From positions 248,001 to 312,000 of the forward strand of contig CDROCS010002866.1 of the NCBI GenBank assembly GCA_977020255.1: a stretch of DNA of 64,000 nucleotides, given 5' to 3'. A program made the position numbers and the translations under genes. Within the stretch, counting starts at the first letter, position 1, and the number at the start of each line of letters is the position of its first letter. Below, piece by piece: positions 55,703 to 63,862 of the stretch. The notes under the pieces were generated by a model. The model did not search any database and was not told the origin of the DNA. It saw only the letters and a program-made list of their open reading frames with translations. This stretch comes from Obrimoposthia wandeli (taxonomy: Eukaryota).

Positions 55703-57205
55703 ATGAAAAAATTACCGATTTCCAGCGATGCACAATGGACTTTTGCATTAATTGAACAATATGATTGCGAAATTGCACGCATTGCCGCCAGCTTTAAACT
55801 AGACACCTACCCTAATCAAATAGAAATTATAAACTCAGAACAAATGATGGATGCATACGCTTCTGTGGGTATGCCACTACATTACAACCATTGGTCATAT
55901 GGAAAACGTTTTTTAGATACTAGTCAGAACTATCAACAAGGAAAAATGGGCCTTGCTTATGAAATTGTGATTAATTCTGATCCATGCATCGCTTATTTAA
56001 TGGAAGAAAACAGCATGACGATGCAAGCTTTAGTGATTGCTCATGCTTGCTACGGTCATAACTCTTTTTTCAAAGGGAACTACCTCTTTCGCACTTGGAC
56101 TGACGCGTCATCTATTGTGGACTATTTAGTTTTTGCTAAAAACTATATCAGTAAATGTGAAGAACGCTACGGCATTGAAGCAGTAGAATTAATGCTAGAT
56201 TCTTGTCATAGTTTAATGAACCTTGGTGTTAACCGCTACATTCGCCCTCCTTCATTAACGCCTGAGCAAGAAAGCAAGAATATAGCTGAACGTGAGGAAT
56301 ATATTCAGCAGCATATTAATACATTATGGACTAGCATCCCGCACAAGGATGACCTACAAGCCTCTAAAGAAGAAGTTAACTTCCCTCAAGAGCCGGAGGA
56401 AAACTTACTCTATTTTATTGAAAAAAATGCGCCATTATTAAAACCATGGCAGCGAGAAATCATTCGAATTGTACGAAAAATGGCACAATATTATTACCCG
56501 CAAAAACAAACCCAAGTAATGAACGAAGGCTGGGCATGTTTCTGGCATTACAACATTCTAAATCAAATGCACGCTGAAGGCTTAGTCACTGATGGGTTTA
56601 TAATGGAGTTTCTTCAATCTCATACTAGCGTCATTTACCAACCCGCTTTTGATAGCCCTTATTATAATGGTATAAACCCTTATACATTAGGCTTTCACAT
56701 GATGATGGACATTCAACGAATTTGCCAAAAGCCCACGAATGAGGATAAAGAGTGGTTCCCAGAAATAGCAGGGACACCTTGGTTAGATGCAATCCACTAT
56801 GCAATGAAAAACTTTAAAGATGAAAGTTTTATTCAGCAGTACTTATCACCACATCTAATGCGTGAGTTAAAACTCTTTGCCATTTTAGATAACACCAGTA
56901 AACCCAGTTTAGTAGTATCCTCAATTCACGATGAGTCAGGCTACAAACAGCTGAGAGAAAACCTTGCAAACCAATATAATTTAGGTTTTTTAGAGCCTAA
57001 TATTCAAATTTATAACGTCGCCGTTCGAGGAGATAGGTCGTTAACACTTCGTCACTTTATTCATCAAGACAGGCCTCTAGCTGACTCAGTAACAGATGTT
57101 TTATCACACTTACACAAGCTTTGGGGTTTCAATATAAAACTAGAATCCATTAACGATGCAGGAGAAGTACTCAAAAAATACCATTTCCCACAGCACCAAA
57201 CTTAA
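55703..57205 (+). CDS. SpoVR family protein (YcgB)
   Basis: HWSYGK, GLAYEIVINSDPCIAYLME, HACYGHNSFF, MNEGWA; prkA-yeaH-spoVR operon. Confidence 0.95.
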   Translation: MKKLPISSDAQWTFALIEQYDCEIARIAASFKLDTYPNQIEIINSEQMMDAYASVGMPLHYNHWSYGKRFLDTSQNYQQGKMGLAYEIVINSDPCIAYLMEENSMTMQALVIAHACYGHNSFFKGNYLFRTWTDASSIVDYLVFAKNYISKCEERYGIEAVELMLDSCHSLMNLGVNRYIRPPSLTPEQESKNIAEREEYIQQHINTLWTSIPHKDDLQASKEEVNFPQEPEENLLYFIEKNAPLLKPWQREIIRIVRKMAQYYYPQKQTQVMNEGWACFWHYNILNQMHAEGLVTDGFIMEFLQSHTSVIYQPAFDSPYYNGINPYTLGFHMMMDIQRICQKPTNEDKEWFPEIAGTPWLDAIHYAMKNFKDESFIQQYLSPHLMRELKLFAILDNTSKPSLVVSSIHDESGYKQLRENLANQYNLGFLEPNIQIYNVAVRGDRSLTLRHFIHQDRPLADSVTDVLSHLHKLWGFNIKLESINDAGEVLKKYHFPQHQT

Positions 57206-57298
57206 ACTTTCTAATCATTCAAATTATGGTAAGCGATGTATGGACTCCACCACCTCACATACGTAGGCTGATGTGTACGTAAACAAAGGAGTTCATAC

Positions 57299-58333
57299 AT
57301 GAATAATTTTAATGTTAGAAGCCTAGATTTAGCAAAGAACGTGATTCAAGTTTGTAAGATAACGAAACATGGTGAGCTTATTTCAAATAAACCACTGACG
57401 CCTCAAAAGCTTAAAGAATTATTGGTCAATACCTCACCCTCTATTATCGCAATGGAAGGCTGTGGCAGCTGTCACTTCTGGGGCCGGTTAGCAAAATCAT
57501 ATGGTCATGAAGTTATAATTATTACTCCTAAAAGAGTTAAGGCATACCTGCAAGGGCAAAAAACGAATGCTAATGATGCTTTAGCCATCGCCGCGGCGGC
57601 AGCCCAAATTGGCGTACGTTTTTGCCCCATAAAAAATATTGAGCAGCAATCGTTACAAACACTGGAAACAAGCAGAGAGTTCTTAAGTCTAGACCAAACA
57701 GCTCTGAGTAACCATATTCGTGCGTACCTTTATGAGTATGGTATTACAATTAATAAAGGAAAAAAGAGCTTGAGAGAAGCGGTTATAACTATATTGGATG
57801 ATAACGATACACTGCTTCCTTCATCTTTGAAACACACATTACTGTTACTTTGGGAGCGTTATCAATTGACCGATGACCAACTAAATCAAATCAATAGAGA
57901 TAAAGCATCACTAGTGAAACAGATTGAACCTTGTAAAAGATTAATGGATTTAGAAGGGGTAGGTGAAGTATGTGCATCAATGCTTTATGCCAGTTTAGGT
58001 GATGGTAGAGAATTCAAAAATGGCCGACTGGCATCCGTTTACATTGGATTAACACCGAAGCAGCATAGCTCAGGAGGTAAAGTGTATATGATTGGCATTG
58101 ATAAAAAAGGGGAAAATAAAGATCTACGAGCCGCTTTGTATCAAGGTGCATTATCAGTGATCTCTCGATTACCCACAGAAGCTAAAACAATTAAACAATC
58201 TTGGTTGATAACACTTATTGAACGTGTTGGATTGAAGCGAGCCTGTATTGCTCTTGCAAATAAAACCGTTCGAACTGCCTGGGCTATATTAAATACAGGT
58301 AAGCCGTATCAACCTGTGCTAATAACTAGATGA
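57299..58333 (+). CDS. IS110 family DEDD recombinase/transposase
   Basis: LDLAKN, AMEGCG, KTNANDA, GVGEV, GLTPKQHSSGGK, IALANKTVR; third catalytic Asp appears as Asn (N90). Confidence 0.95.
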   Translation: MNNFNVRSLDLAKNVIQVCKITKHGELISNKPLTPQKLKELLVNTSPSIIAMEGCGSCHFWGRLAKSYGHEVIIITPKRVKAYLQGQKTNANDALAIAAAAAQIGVRFCPIKNIEQQSLQTLETSREFLSLDQTALSNHIRAYLYEYGITINKGKKSLREAVITILDDNDTLLPSSLKHTLLLLWERYQLTDDQLNQINRDKASLVKQIEPCKRLMDLEGVGEVCASMLYASLGDGREFKNGRLASVYIGLTPKQHSSGGKVYMIGIDKKGENKDLRAALYQGALSVISRLPTEAKTIKQSWLITLIERVGLKRACIALANKTVRTAWAILNTGKPYQPVLITR

Positions 58334-58394
58334 TTAATGTACTTTCAAATTTTCTTAATCTTAATAAAACAAATTCTACGACGATAACGTGACA

Positions 58395-58545
58395 TAAAAG
58401 GTAAGACCAACCTGCCAAAAACCTGTGTTGAGCGACAGCCAAATAAGGCTTTGTAAGCGAAAAGGATGGTAGGTGCGCAAACATCAAAGACTAGAGGGTC
58501 GCTCTCTCAATAAGAAGCCGTATATACGCAAGCAGTTTACATTTT
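58395..58545 (+). ncRNA. Putative bridge/seek RNA (boundaries approximate)
   Basis: Contains 7-nt matches to both target flanks (TTGAGCG 58428-34, GTAAGCG 58453-59) either side of a hairpin inside an ACCTGCC/GGTAGGT stem, then matches to the donor junction (ACATC 58481-85, ATATACG 58522-28). Confidence 0.7.
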
Positions 58546-58898
58546 CATGTTAAATTTAACGTTGTAAAATAGGTGGAGTCCATATACGCTCAATATACCC
58601 CATCTAATAATTTGCAGCTGTAAGCATTAGGCTAGTCCCAAATTCATCAATTTGGAGACAAACATATCTAAAGCTAAATACTGGCAGCAACGCATGGCCA
58701 AACACTAGATAAAAGAAAACCCTAAATCATTACTGAACTGAGGTTTCTCGTTTTTCCATGCAAACTCTTAAGGCAGAGTCCGAGGCTACTAACTCCGAGA
58801 ATTGTTCACCTTTATAATGCTTTAAATGCTTTAAATGCTTTTAGCTAATCATGATTTCATGACGCGTATGTTTGCTAATATCCTATATCTAAAAAATA

Positions 58899-61379
58899 TT
58901 ATGCAAGTATGAAATCAGCAGCAACCATTAAAGCAGTACCATTAAATGTACCTACCAATAGAATTTCATCGGCGTAAAAATAGCTATCACCATCAATATC
59001 ATTCGCTGAATATACATAGGTATTTCCACTTTGGCTAGCAACTAAGTAAGCCGAATCATTGGGTCTGTTCGTATAAATCATAGTATATAAATCATCAGCA
59101 GCTCCACTTGATAGAGTTTTGAATAACTCAGTACCATCAGTTGCTATTGATAGATCACCAAGGTGAAGGTCACCAACAGCACCAGTCGTATTCAGCAAAA
59201 TGACATCACTCCTAAGTGTATTCGCTCCAAAAATAAAGTAAGTACCTTCAACACCTTCAACACCTTCACCATCTTCACCACGATCAAAACCATCAGGTAA
59301 TCTGTCAGCTTCAACAGTAGCCACACCAGCCACGCCAGCCGAAGTAAGCCCCGCGCTTAGAGTCACTTTATCAGTTCCAGACACGAAATTATTTATCGTA
59401 TCACGGTCAACGGCTGCTGCCACTGTAGTAAGAATGACATTGTCAATTGAACCTATTCCAACGTTAATTGTATCAATACCCGCACCGCCAGTAATCGTAT
59501 CAGCTCCCGCACCACCAGTAATCGTATCAGCCTGCGCACCACCAGTAATAATATCAGCCTGCGCGCTGCCATTAATAGTTACTCCTGCATCTCCTGAGAT
59601 AATATTATTACCCGCGACATTATCTAAGTTGATTGTTGTGTATTGATTAGCAGCTGTTCCAACAGCAGTCTCATCAAGTGTTAACGTCACAGCATTACCT
59701 TCATGTGTGAAGTCATTATTAGCATCGCCAGCATAGGTATTCGCTTCATCTACTGAACCTGTCACAGCTATAACAGACGTCGATGTAATGGTACCCGTAG
59801 TTTTTACCGCTAATGCATTTAAATCAGCAAGATTTGCTCCAATGGTATCTGTTAATGTCATCGATAATGCATCAGTTGTTGCTCCGTTTGTAAGAGCAGT
59901 GTTGATGTTGGTTGCTGTATCATCCGTTAATGTTGCTGTAACGACGCCTGTCGTCTTTCCTAGAATTGTATTAACCGTGGCATTATTTGCATTGGTGTCA
60001 AAAAGTGTTGCAGCATAATCAGGCGACAGAGTGATTCCCCTTGCTCCTGCGACGGCCGCGACATCCGCTGCAGTTCCGGTAACCGTTTTAACTGTTTGTG
60101 CATTTAATGTCCCAGCAACTATTCCATCAAGTGCGATAAGCACACCGGCATTCAGATTAGTCTCTGAAAGTGTTGTAGTATAATCAGCCGACAAAGTGAT
60201 TCTCCCTGTCGCTGCTAAGGCTGCTAAGGCTGCGAAATCCGCGACAGTTCCGGTCACCGTTTTAACTGTTGCTGCATTTAATATCCCAGCAACTGTTCCA
60301 TCAAGTGCTATAAGTACACCGATCTCCAGGCTAGCGTCAGTCAATTTGACCGTCCCAGCAGCACCTTTGATAGTCACCCCCGCCAAGTTTTCTGCTGAAG
60401 CTATTAATGTTTCAGTGCCCAGTCTAATACCGGCTGTAATGTTAGAAACCGTCTCATATGAAATACCACCACGCATGAATGTGACAGTGCCTGCATTAAC
60501 ACCGCCGTTCCAAGAAGTCAGCGTTATGTCTCCGGTTGCTGGGCCACCAAAACCGATGACCGAATCAGTGACTTGTAAGACAAAAAATATATCAGGATCA
60601 AATGTCTGCGTCAGTCCATCTTTAATTTCAGGATCAACGGTCGGCACCAGTCCATCTTTAATTACAGTATTAACACCGGTTAGTCGTGTCGCTAAATCGA
60701 GTGTTCCGGTATTTATATTTGTACCCACTGATGCTAAGTAAGCCGCTAAGTTAGTTAACGCATCACTACTACCTGCATCAGCAATGGCTTTAACATTATC
60801 TATAATACTTGAAAGTGTACTTTGTATCTCTGCAGAGACGGTACCGGTCGGCATAAGACCTACGAGTGCTTTTGCTGCACTAACACTCTGCGCATCCAGC
60901 GTGACAGCGGTTAACACTTTAGCCGATAAATCACTGTATGCAACCCCGCGATCAGAGACGGCTTTTGCAACACTTGCTTTATTGTCAAGTAGCTTAGCCG
61001 TATCATTAAACAAGGGGTCTCTGGCGATTATGCTTGACAAATAACTAGATGCCGCGAGTAACGTCTCAGCCTGAGGAACACCATTTTCTATCGATTGTAA
61101 AAAAAACGCATAAGCCACGCTGCCAGCACTACCGGCAACATTATCGTTTGTTAGGCCAAAACGCTGTAGCATTGATTCAGCCTGCGCTTCATTTGATAAA
61201 CCTTTAAACTGGGCCTTAAAGATTTCAGTTGTGCCTAGTTGTGCTGCAAGAAAACTGAGATCATTACCATTGGCGACAAAGAGCTTTTCTATCTCTTGGA
61301 ATAAATTTGCCGATGAGGTATTAAACATACTCACGAGTAACGTGTTGATGCCTGTTTCTTCTGATAGAGATAGTGCCAT
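58899..61379 (-). CDS. Large Cys-free, T1SS-type secreted RTX/S-layer-like protein
   Basis: Helical N-terminal region resembling S-layer anchor domains; Thr/Ala/Gly-rich beta region; four GGxGxD-like nonapeptides; C-terminal DFILA; no signal peptide. ORF track starts at 61403. Confidence 0.7.
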   Translation of the reverse strand: MALSLSEETGINTLLVSMFNTSSANLFQEIEKLFVANGNDLSFLAAQLGTTEIFKAQFKGLSNEAQAESMLQRFGLTNDNVAGSAGSVAYAFFLQSIENGVPQAETLLAASSYLSSIIARDPLFNDTAKLLDNKASVAKAVSDRGVAYSDLSAKVLTAVTLDAQSVSAAKALVGLMPTGTVSAEIQSTLSSIIDNVKAIADAGSSDALTNLAAYLASVGTNINTGTLDLATRLTGVNTVIKDGLVPTVDPEIKDGLTQTFDPDIFFVLQVTDSVIGFGGPATGDITLTSWNGGVNAGTVTFMRGGISYETVSNITAGIRLGTETLIASAENLAGVTIKGAAGTVKLTDASLEIGVLIALDGTVAGILNAATVKTVTGTVADFAALAALAATGRITLSADYTTTLSETNLNAGVLIALDGIVAGTLNAQTVKTVTGTAADVAAVAGARGITLSPDYAATLFDTNANNATVNTILGKTTGVVTATLTDDTATNINTALTNGATTDALSMTLTDTIGANLADLNALAVKTTGTITSTSVIAVTGSVDEANTYAGDANNDFTHEGNAVTLTLDETAVGTAANQYTTINLDNVAGNNIISGDAGVTINGSAQADIITGGAQADTITGGAGADTITGGAGIDTINVGIGSIDNVILTTVAAAVDRDTINNFVSGTDKVTLSAGLTSAGVAGVATVEADRLPDGFDRGEDGEGVEGVEGTYFIFGANTLRSDVILLNTTGAVGDLHLGDLSIATDGTELFKTLSSGAADDLYTMIYTNRPNDSAYLVASQSGNTYVYSANDIDGDSYFYADEILLVGTFNGTALMVAADFILA
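59463..59570 (-). repeat. Four tandem 27-nt RTX-like nonapeptide repeats
   Basis: GSAQADIIT GGAQADTIT GGAGADTIT GGAGIDTIN. Confidence 0.85.
59990..60320 (-). repeat. Internal tandem duplication, 174-nt (58-aa) period
   Basis: GVLIALDG.VAG.LNA.TVKTVTGT...ITLS.DY occurs twice; TCAAGTGC at 60127 and 60301. Confidence 0.85.
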
Positions 61380-61655
61380 GATATTATATTCCTTTATAAA
61401 CATCTGATTTATATGTAAGTCGAAAATAATACACTAGGTTGGTGTGTAAGTAAGTAATCCATTAGATACATATTTGACACAAACGACTGATTAGAATATA
61501 TAAGAGTACATCAAATAATCAGGAAAACCTTACGACACAACCCTGTGTTGGTTTGCAAGCTAAAGATTTTTAGCTAAAAAATATGAGTTATTTATGATCT
61601 TTTAACCCCTTTATAGAGGCTATGTTTGAGAGAATTGTTGAAACTGTATATAATA

Positions 61656-62701
61656 AAGGGGTATCCCCTTAGCTCCATTAGAGGATGTTTTACTTATTAT
61701 CCAATAATATCAGTGTACGTTACAGGCTTTGTAATCACAGCTTGTTGCAATAGGCGATAGAAGAGCAAACCTCTCGATTTGGACGACCTACGGTTAAACC
61801 GAAATACGTATTCGTCTAGGTAGTAATCTAGCTGATTTGGCTGAATAGAACCATGGTGTGTTCCTAGTAGCCAGCGTTGTAATAGTGACGCTACTCGATG
61901 AATGGCAGGCATTGATTTATGGGCGGGTATGTCAGATCCTAAATGAACCGTTTTCTTATGTTTGAAATCTAATTCTTCAAGTTTATTATAAGCAGCAGAA
62001 CCATCTGTATGGACAATAGATTTAGGTGATATGTTGTCTTCAATAAAAGGTATTAAGTGGTGTGAATCGCCTTTATCTATTCTTCTTATTCAAACTCTTC
62101 CAAACCCTTTAGGCGAGTTGCACTTCAACAGCAATAACGACAAGTATTTTCTTAGTGTTACTTTTTCTTCCCTTTGGTGACAAGGGATCTAGACGATCAG
62201 TTAACGCTAAATACGTTTCATCAACCTCGACAAGACCTGATAGTAAACTCCGATTAGCCTGCATCATAGACTGCCTTAGTTTGTGAAGCATAGTCCAAAC
62301 TGTCTCATAGCTGCCAAGGCCTAAAACTCTCTGTAATCCTAAAGCACTAATCCCATTTTTCTGATTAGTAATATACCAAATAGCTGCGAACCAAATGCGT
62401 AACTCTGTACGTGTTTTATTGAAGATAGTCCCAGCTGTCACTGTCGCTTGATATTTGCAGGAACGGCAAATAAATCTAGCTCTACTAGACTTGTTCGTGC
62501 TGTCGGTTAGCCTGCATTTTGGGCAAGTAAACCCAGTCGGCCATCTCAGGTTTTCTAAGTAGTTACGACATAATTCTTCAGAGTGAAACCAATCGAGAAA
62601 CTGGCTCCAAGTAGTGGGGTAATCGACACCAGCAATAGGCATTTTTTTAGAAGAGGTCATTCAATGATTTTAATCGTTTTGGAGCTAAGGGGATACCCCT
62701 T
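61656..62701 (-). mobile_element. Inner IS1595-family element (ISSod11-like), 1046 bp
   Basis: Perfect 22-bp IRs AAGGGGTATCCCCTTAGCTCCA (61656-77) and TGGAGCTAAGGGGATACCCCTT (62680-701); 8-bp duplication ATATAATA at 61648-55 and 62702-09. Confidence 0.9.
61697..62660 (-). pseudogene. IS1595 transposase pseudogene (inner element)
   Basis: Zn-ribbon CPKC..CRSC, VEVDETY, HTDG, YLDEYVFRFNRR; +1 frameshift near 62118 and in-frame TGA at 62090-92 split it into the ORF-track pieces 62109-62660 and 61697-61912. Confidence 0.9.
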
Positions 62702-62715
62702 ATATAATATCAGTA

Positions 62716-63693
62716 ATGATTGCATATACAGAATTACGTATCATGAAAATATTTGATTTTAACAAGTTAAAACAAACGATTAGTGAACTCTCTCCTAGAC
62801 AAAAGAATGATCTAGAAAAGCACTTGCTAAATCCCGAATCCCAACCTGAAGTACTTAAATTACTTGAAAAAGCGTTAAGTGGATGCCCTCATTGCCAGCA
62901 TAATTATTCCTATAAATGGGGCACATCTAAAAGGCGTCAACGGTATCGTTGTAAGTCATGTTCAAAAACCTATAATGCGCTTACTGGTTCGCAATTGAGT
63001 GGGCTACATAAACCTGAACGGTGGGAGCAATACTGCCAAACGATGGTGGACTCAAAAACACTACGCGTTGCTGCAAAAGAGTGTCAAATTAATCTGACTA
63101 CTGCCTTCATGTGGCGTCATAAATTTCTAAAATTGGCAGATTTACTCATGAGTGAACAGCTTGAAGGCATTGTCGAAATAGATGAAACATGGTTCAAGTA
63201 TTCTGAAAAAGGCAGCCGTCATTTGACCGCCGAAAAGCCACGTAAACGTGGTAATGACAAGGCTTCTAAGGTAAAGGCTGTGATTGGTATCGATCGGAGT
63301 GGACACGTTGAAAATCAGGTTGTCGTTAGCTTTACGCTGTCTCAACTGAAAGCTGACTTTTTACCTAAGCTGGCTGAAGATCTTGTCCTCTGTACAGATG
63401 GTCATATCAATTATGAATACCTAGCGAAACAGGAAAAAATCAATCACGTGGTATTAAATCAAAGCCTTGGTGAGCGCGTAAAAGACAAAGTTTTTCATAT
63501 TCAAATCGTCAATGCATATCATATGAGATTAAAGCGATGGTTGACGCGTTTTTATGGCGTTGCAACGAAAAATTTGCAGAAATATATAGGGTGGTTTCGT
63601 TGGTTTGAGCTTAATAAACAGGTCGAAATATCGTCAGCAAGCTTCATGAAGGATATGTTGTGCACTGCGTTTCAACAAACTTCCCGAACATAG
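62716..63693 (+). CDS. IS1595 family transposase (outer element), ORF intact
   Basis: CPHC...QRYRCKSC, TAFMWRHKFL, EIDETW, LCTDG, HIQIVNAYH, GVATKNL; stop codon lies inside the right IR; alternative start 62743. Confidence 0.92.
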   Translation: MIAYTELRIMKIFDFNKLKQTISELSPRQKNDLEKHLLNPESQPEVLKLLEKALSGCPHCQHNYSYKWGTSKRRQRYRCKSCSKTYNALTGSQLSGLHKPERWEQYCQTMVDSKTLRVAAKECQINLTTAFMWRHKFLKLADLLMSEQLEGIVEIDETWFKYSEKGSRHLTAEKPRKRGNDKASKVKAVIGIDRSGHVENQVVVSFTLSQLKADFLPKLAEDLVLCTDGHINYEYLAKQEKINHVVLNQSLGERVKDKVFHIQIVNAYHMRLKRWLTRFYGVATKNLQKYIGWFRWFELNKQVEISSASFMKDMLCTAFQQTSRT

Positions 63694-63836
63694 CTTTTAT
63701 AGAGATGTTTAATCTAATAGTCTGTCTTCTAACGTTTTCTCTTCTTTAGGCTTTTCCATGCGGTTGCTTTAGCGACTCTTTCTGATTGCAAAACCGCTTT
63801 CTTACAGATTTAAAAGACTGCGATATCTAAAGGATA

Positions 63837-63862
63837 TATATGGACGCTCCCTAGATGTCAAG
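63837..63862 (-). mobile_element. Isolated right end of a second IS1111-like element
   Basis: Minus strand CTTGACATCTAGGGAGCGTCCATATA has the same layout as the right end at 58562-58586 (-35 box, 17 nt containing the IR ...GTCCATA, then TA). Confidence 0.4.

Larger units (their letters stand above)
57236..58588 (+). mobile_element. IS110 family, IS1111-type insertion sequence (about 1.35 kb)
   Basis: 13-bp sub-terminal inverted repeats TATGGACTCCACC (57239-57251) and GGTGGAGTCCATA (58572-58584); CG at both junctions (57234-35, 58587-88); long non-coding region downstream of the transposase. Confidence 0.88.
61618..63695 (+). mobile_element. Outer IS1595-family element (ISPna2-like), interrupted by a nested IS
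   Basis: Imperfect 27-bp IRs GGCTATGTTTGAGAGAATTGTTGAAAC and (reverse complement) AGCTATGTTCGGGAAGTTTGTTGAAAC; 8-bp target duplication TTTATAGA at 61610-17 and 63696-703; 1024 bp without the insert. Confidence 0.85.

Noticed and set aside
58816-58841. (AATGCTTTA)x~3 repeat
   Set aside because: Short intergenic microsatellite with no spacers; not CRISPR-like
61522-61558. c-di-GMP-I riboswitch-like sequence upstream of the S-layer-like gene (minus: GCAAACCAACACAGGGTTGTGTCGTAAGG)
   Set aside because: It has GCAAACC but lacks the GNRA tetraloop and the GACGCAAAG motif; an Rfam covariance search would be needed
357-63345. Many short ORF-track entries overlapping longer genes (for example 4480-4812, 13653-14195, 34442-34825, 35251-35763, 60196-60741)
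   Set aside because: They are antisense or alternate-frame shadows of well-supported genes, with no recognisable motifs or RBS
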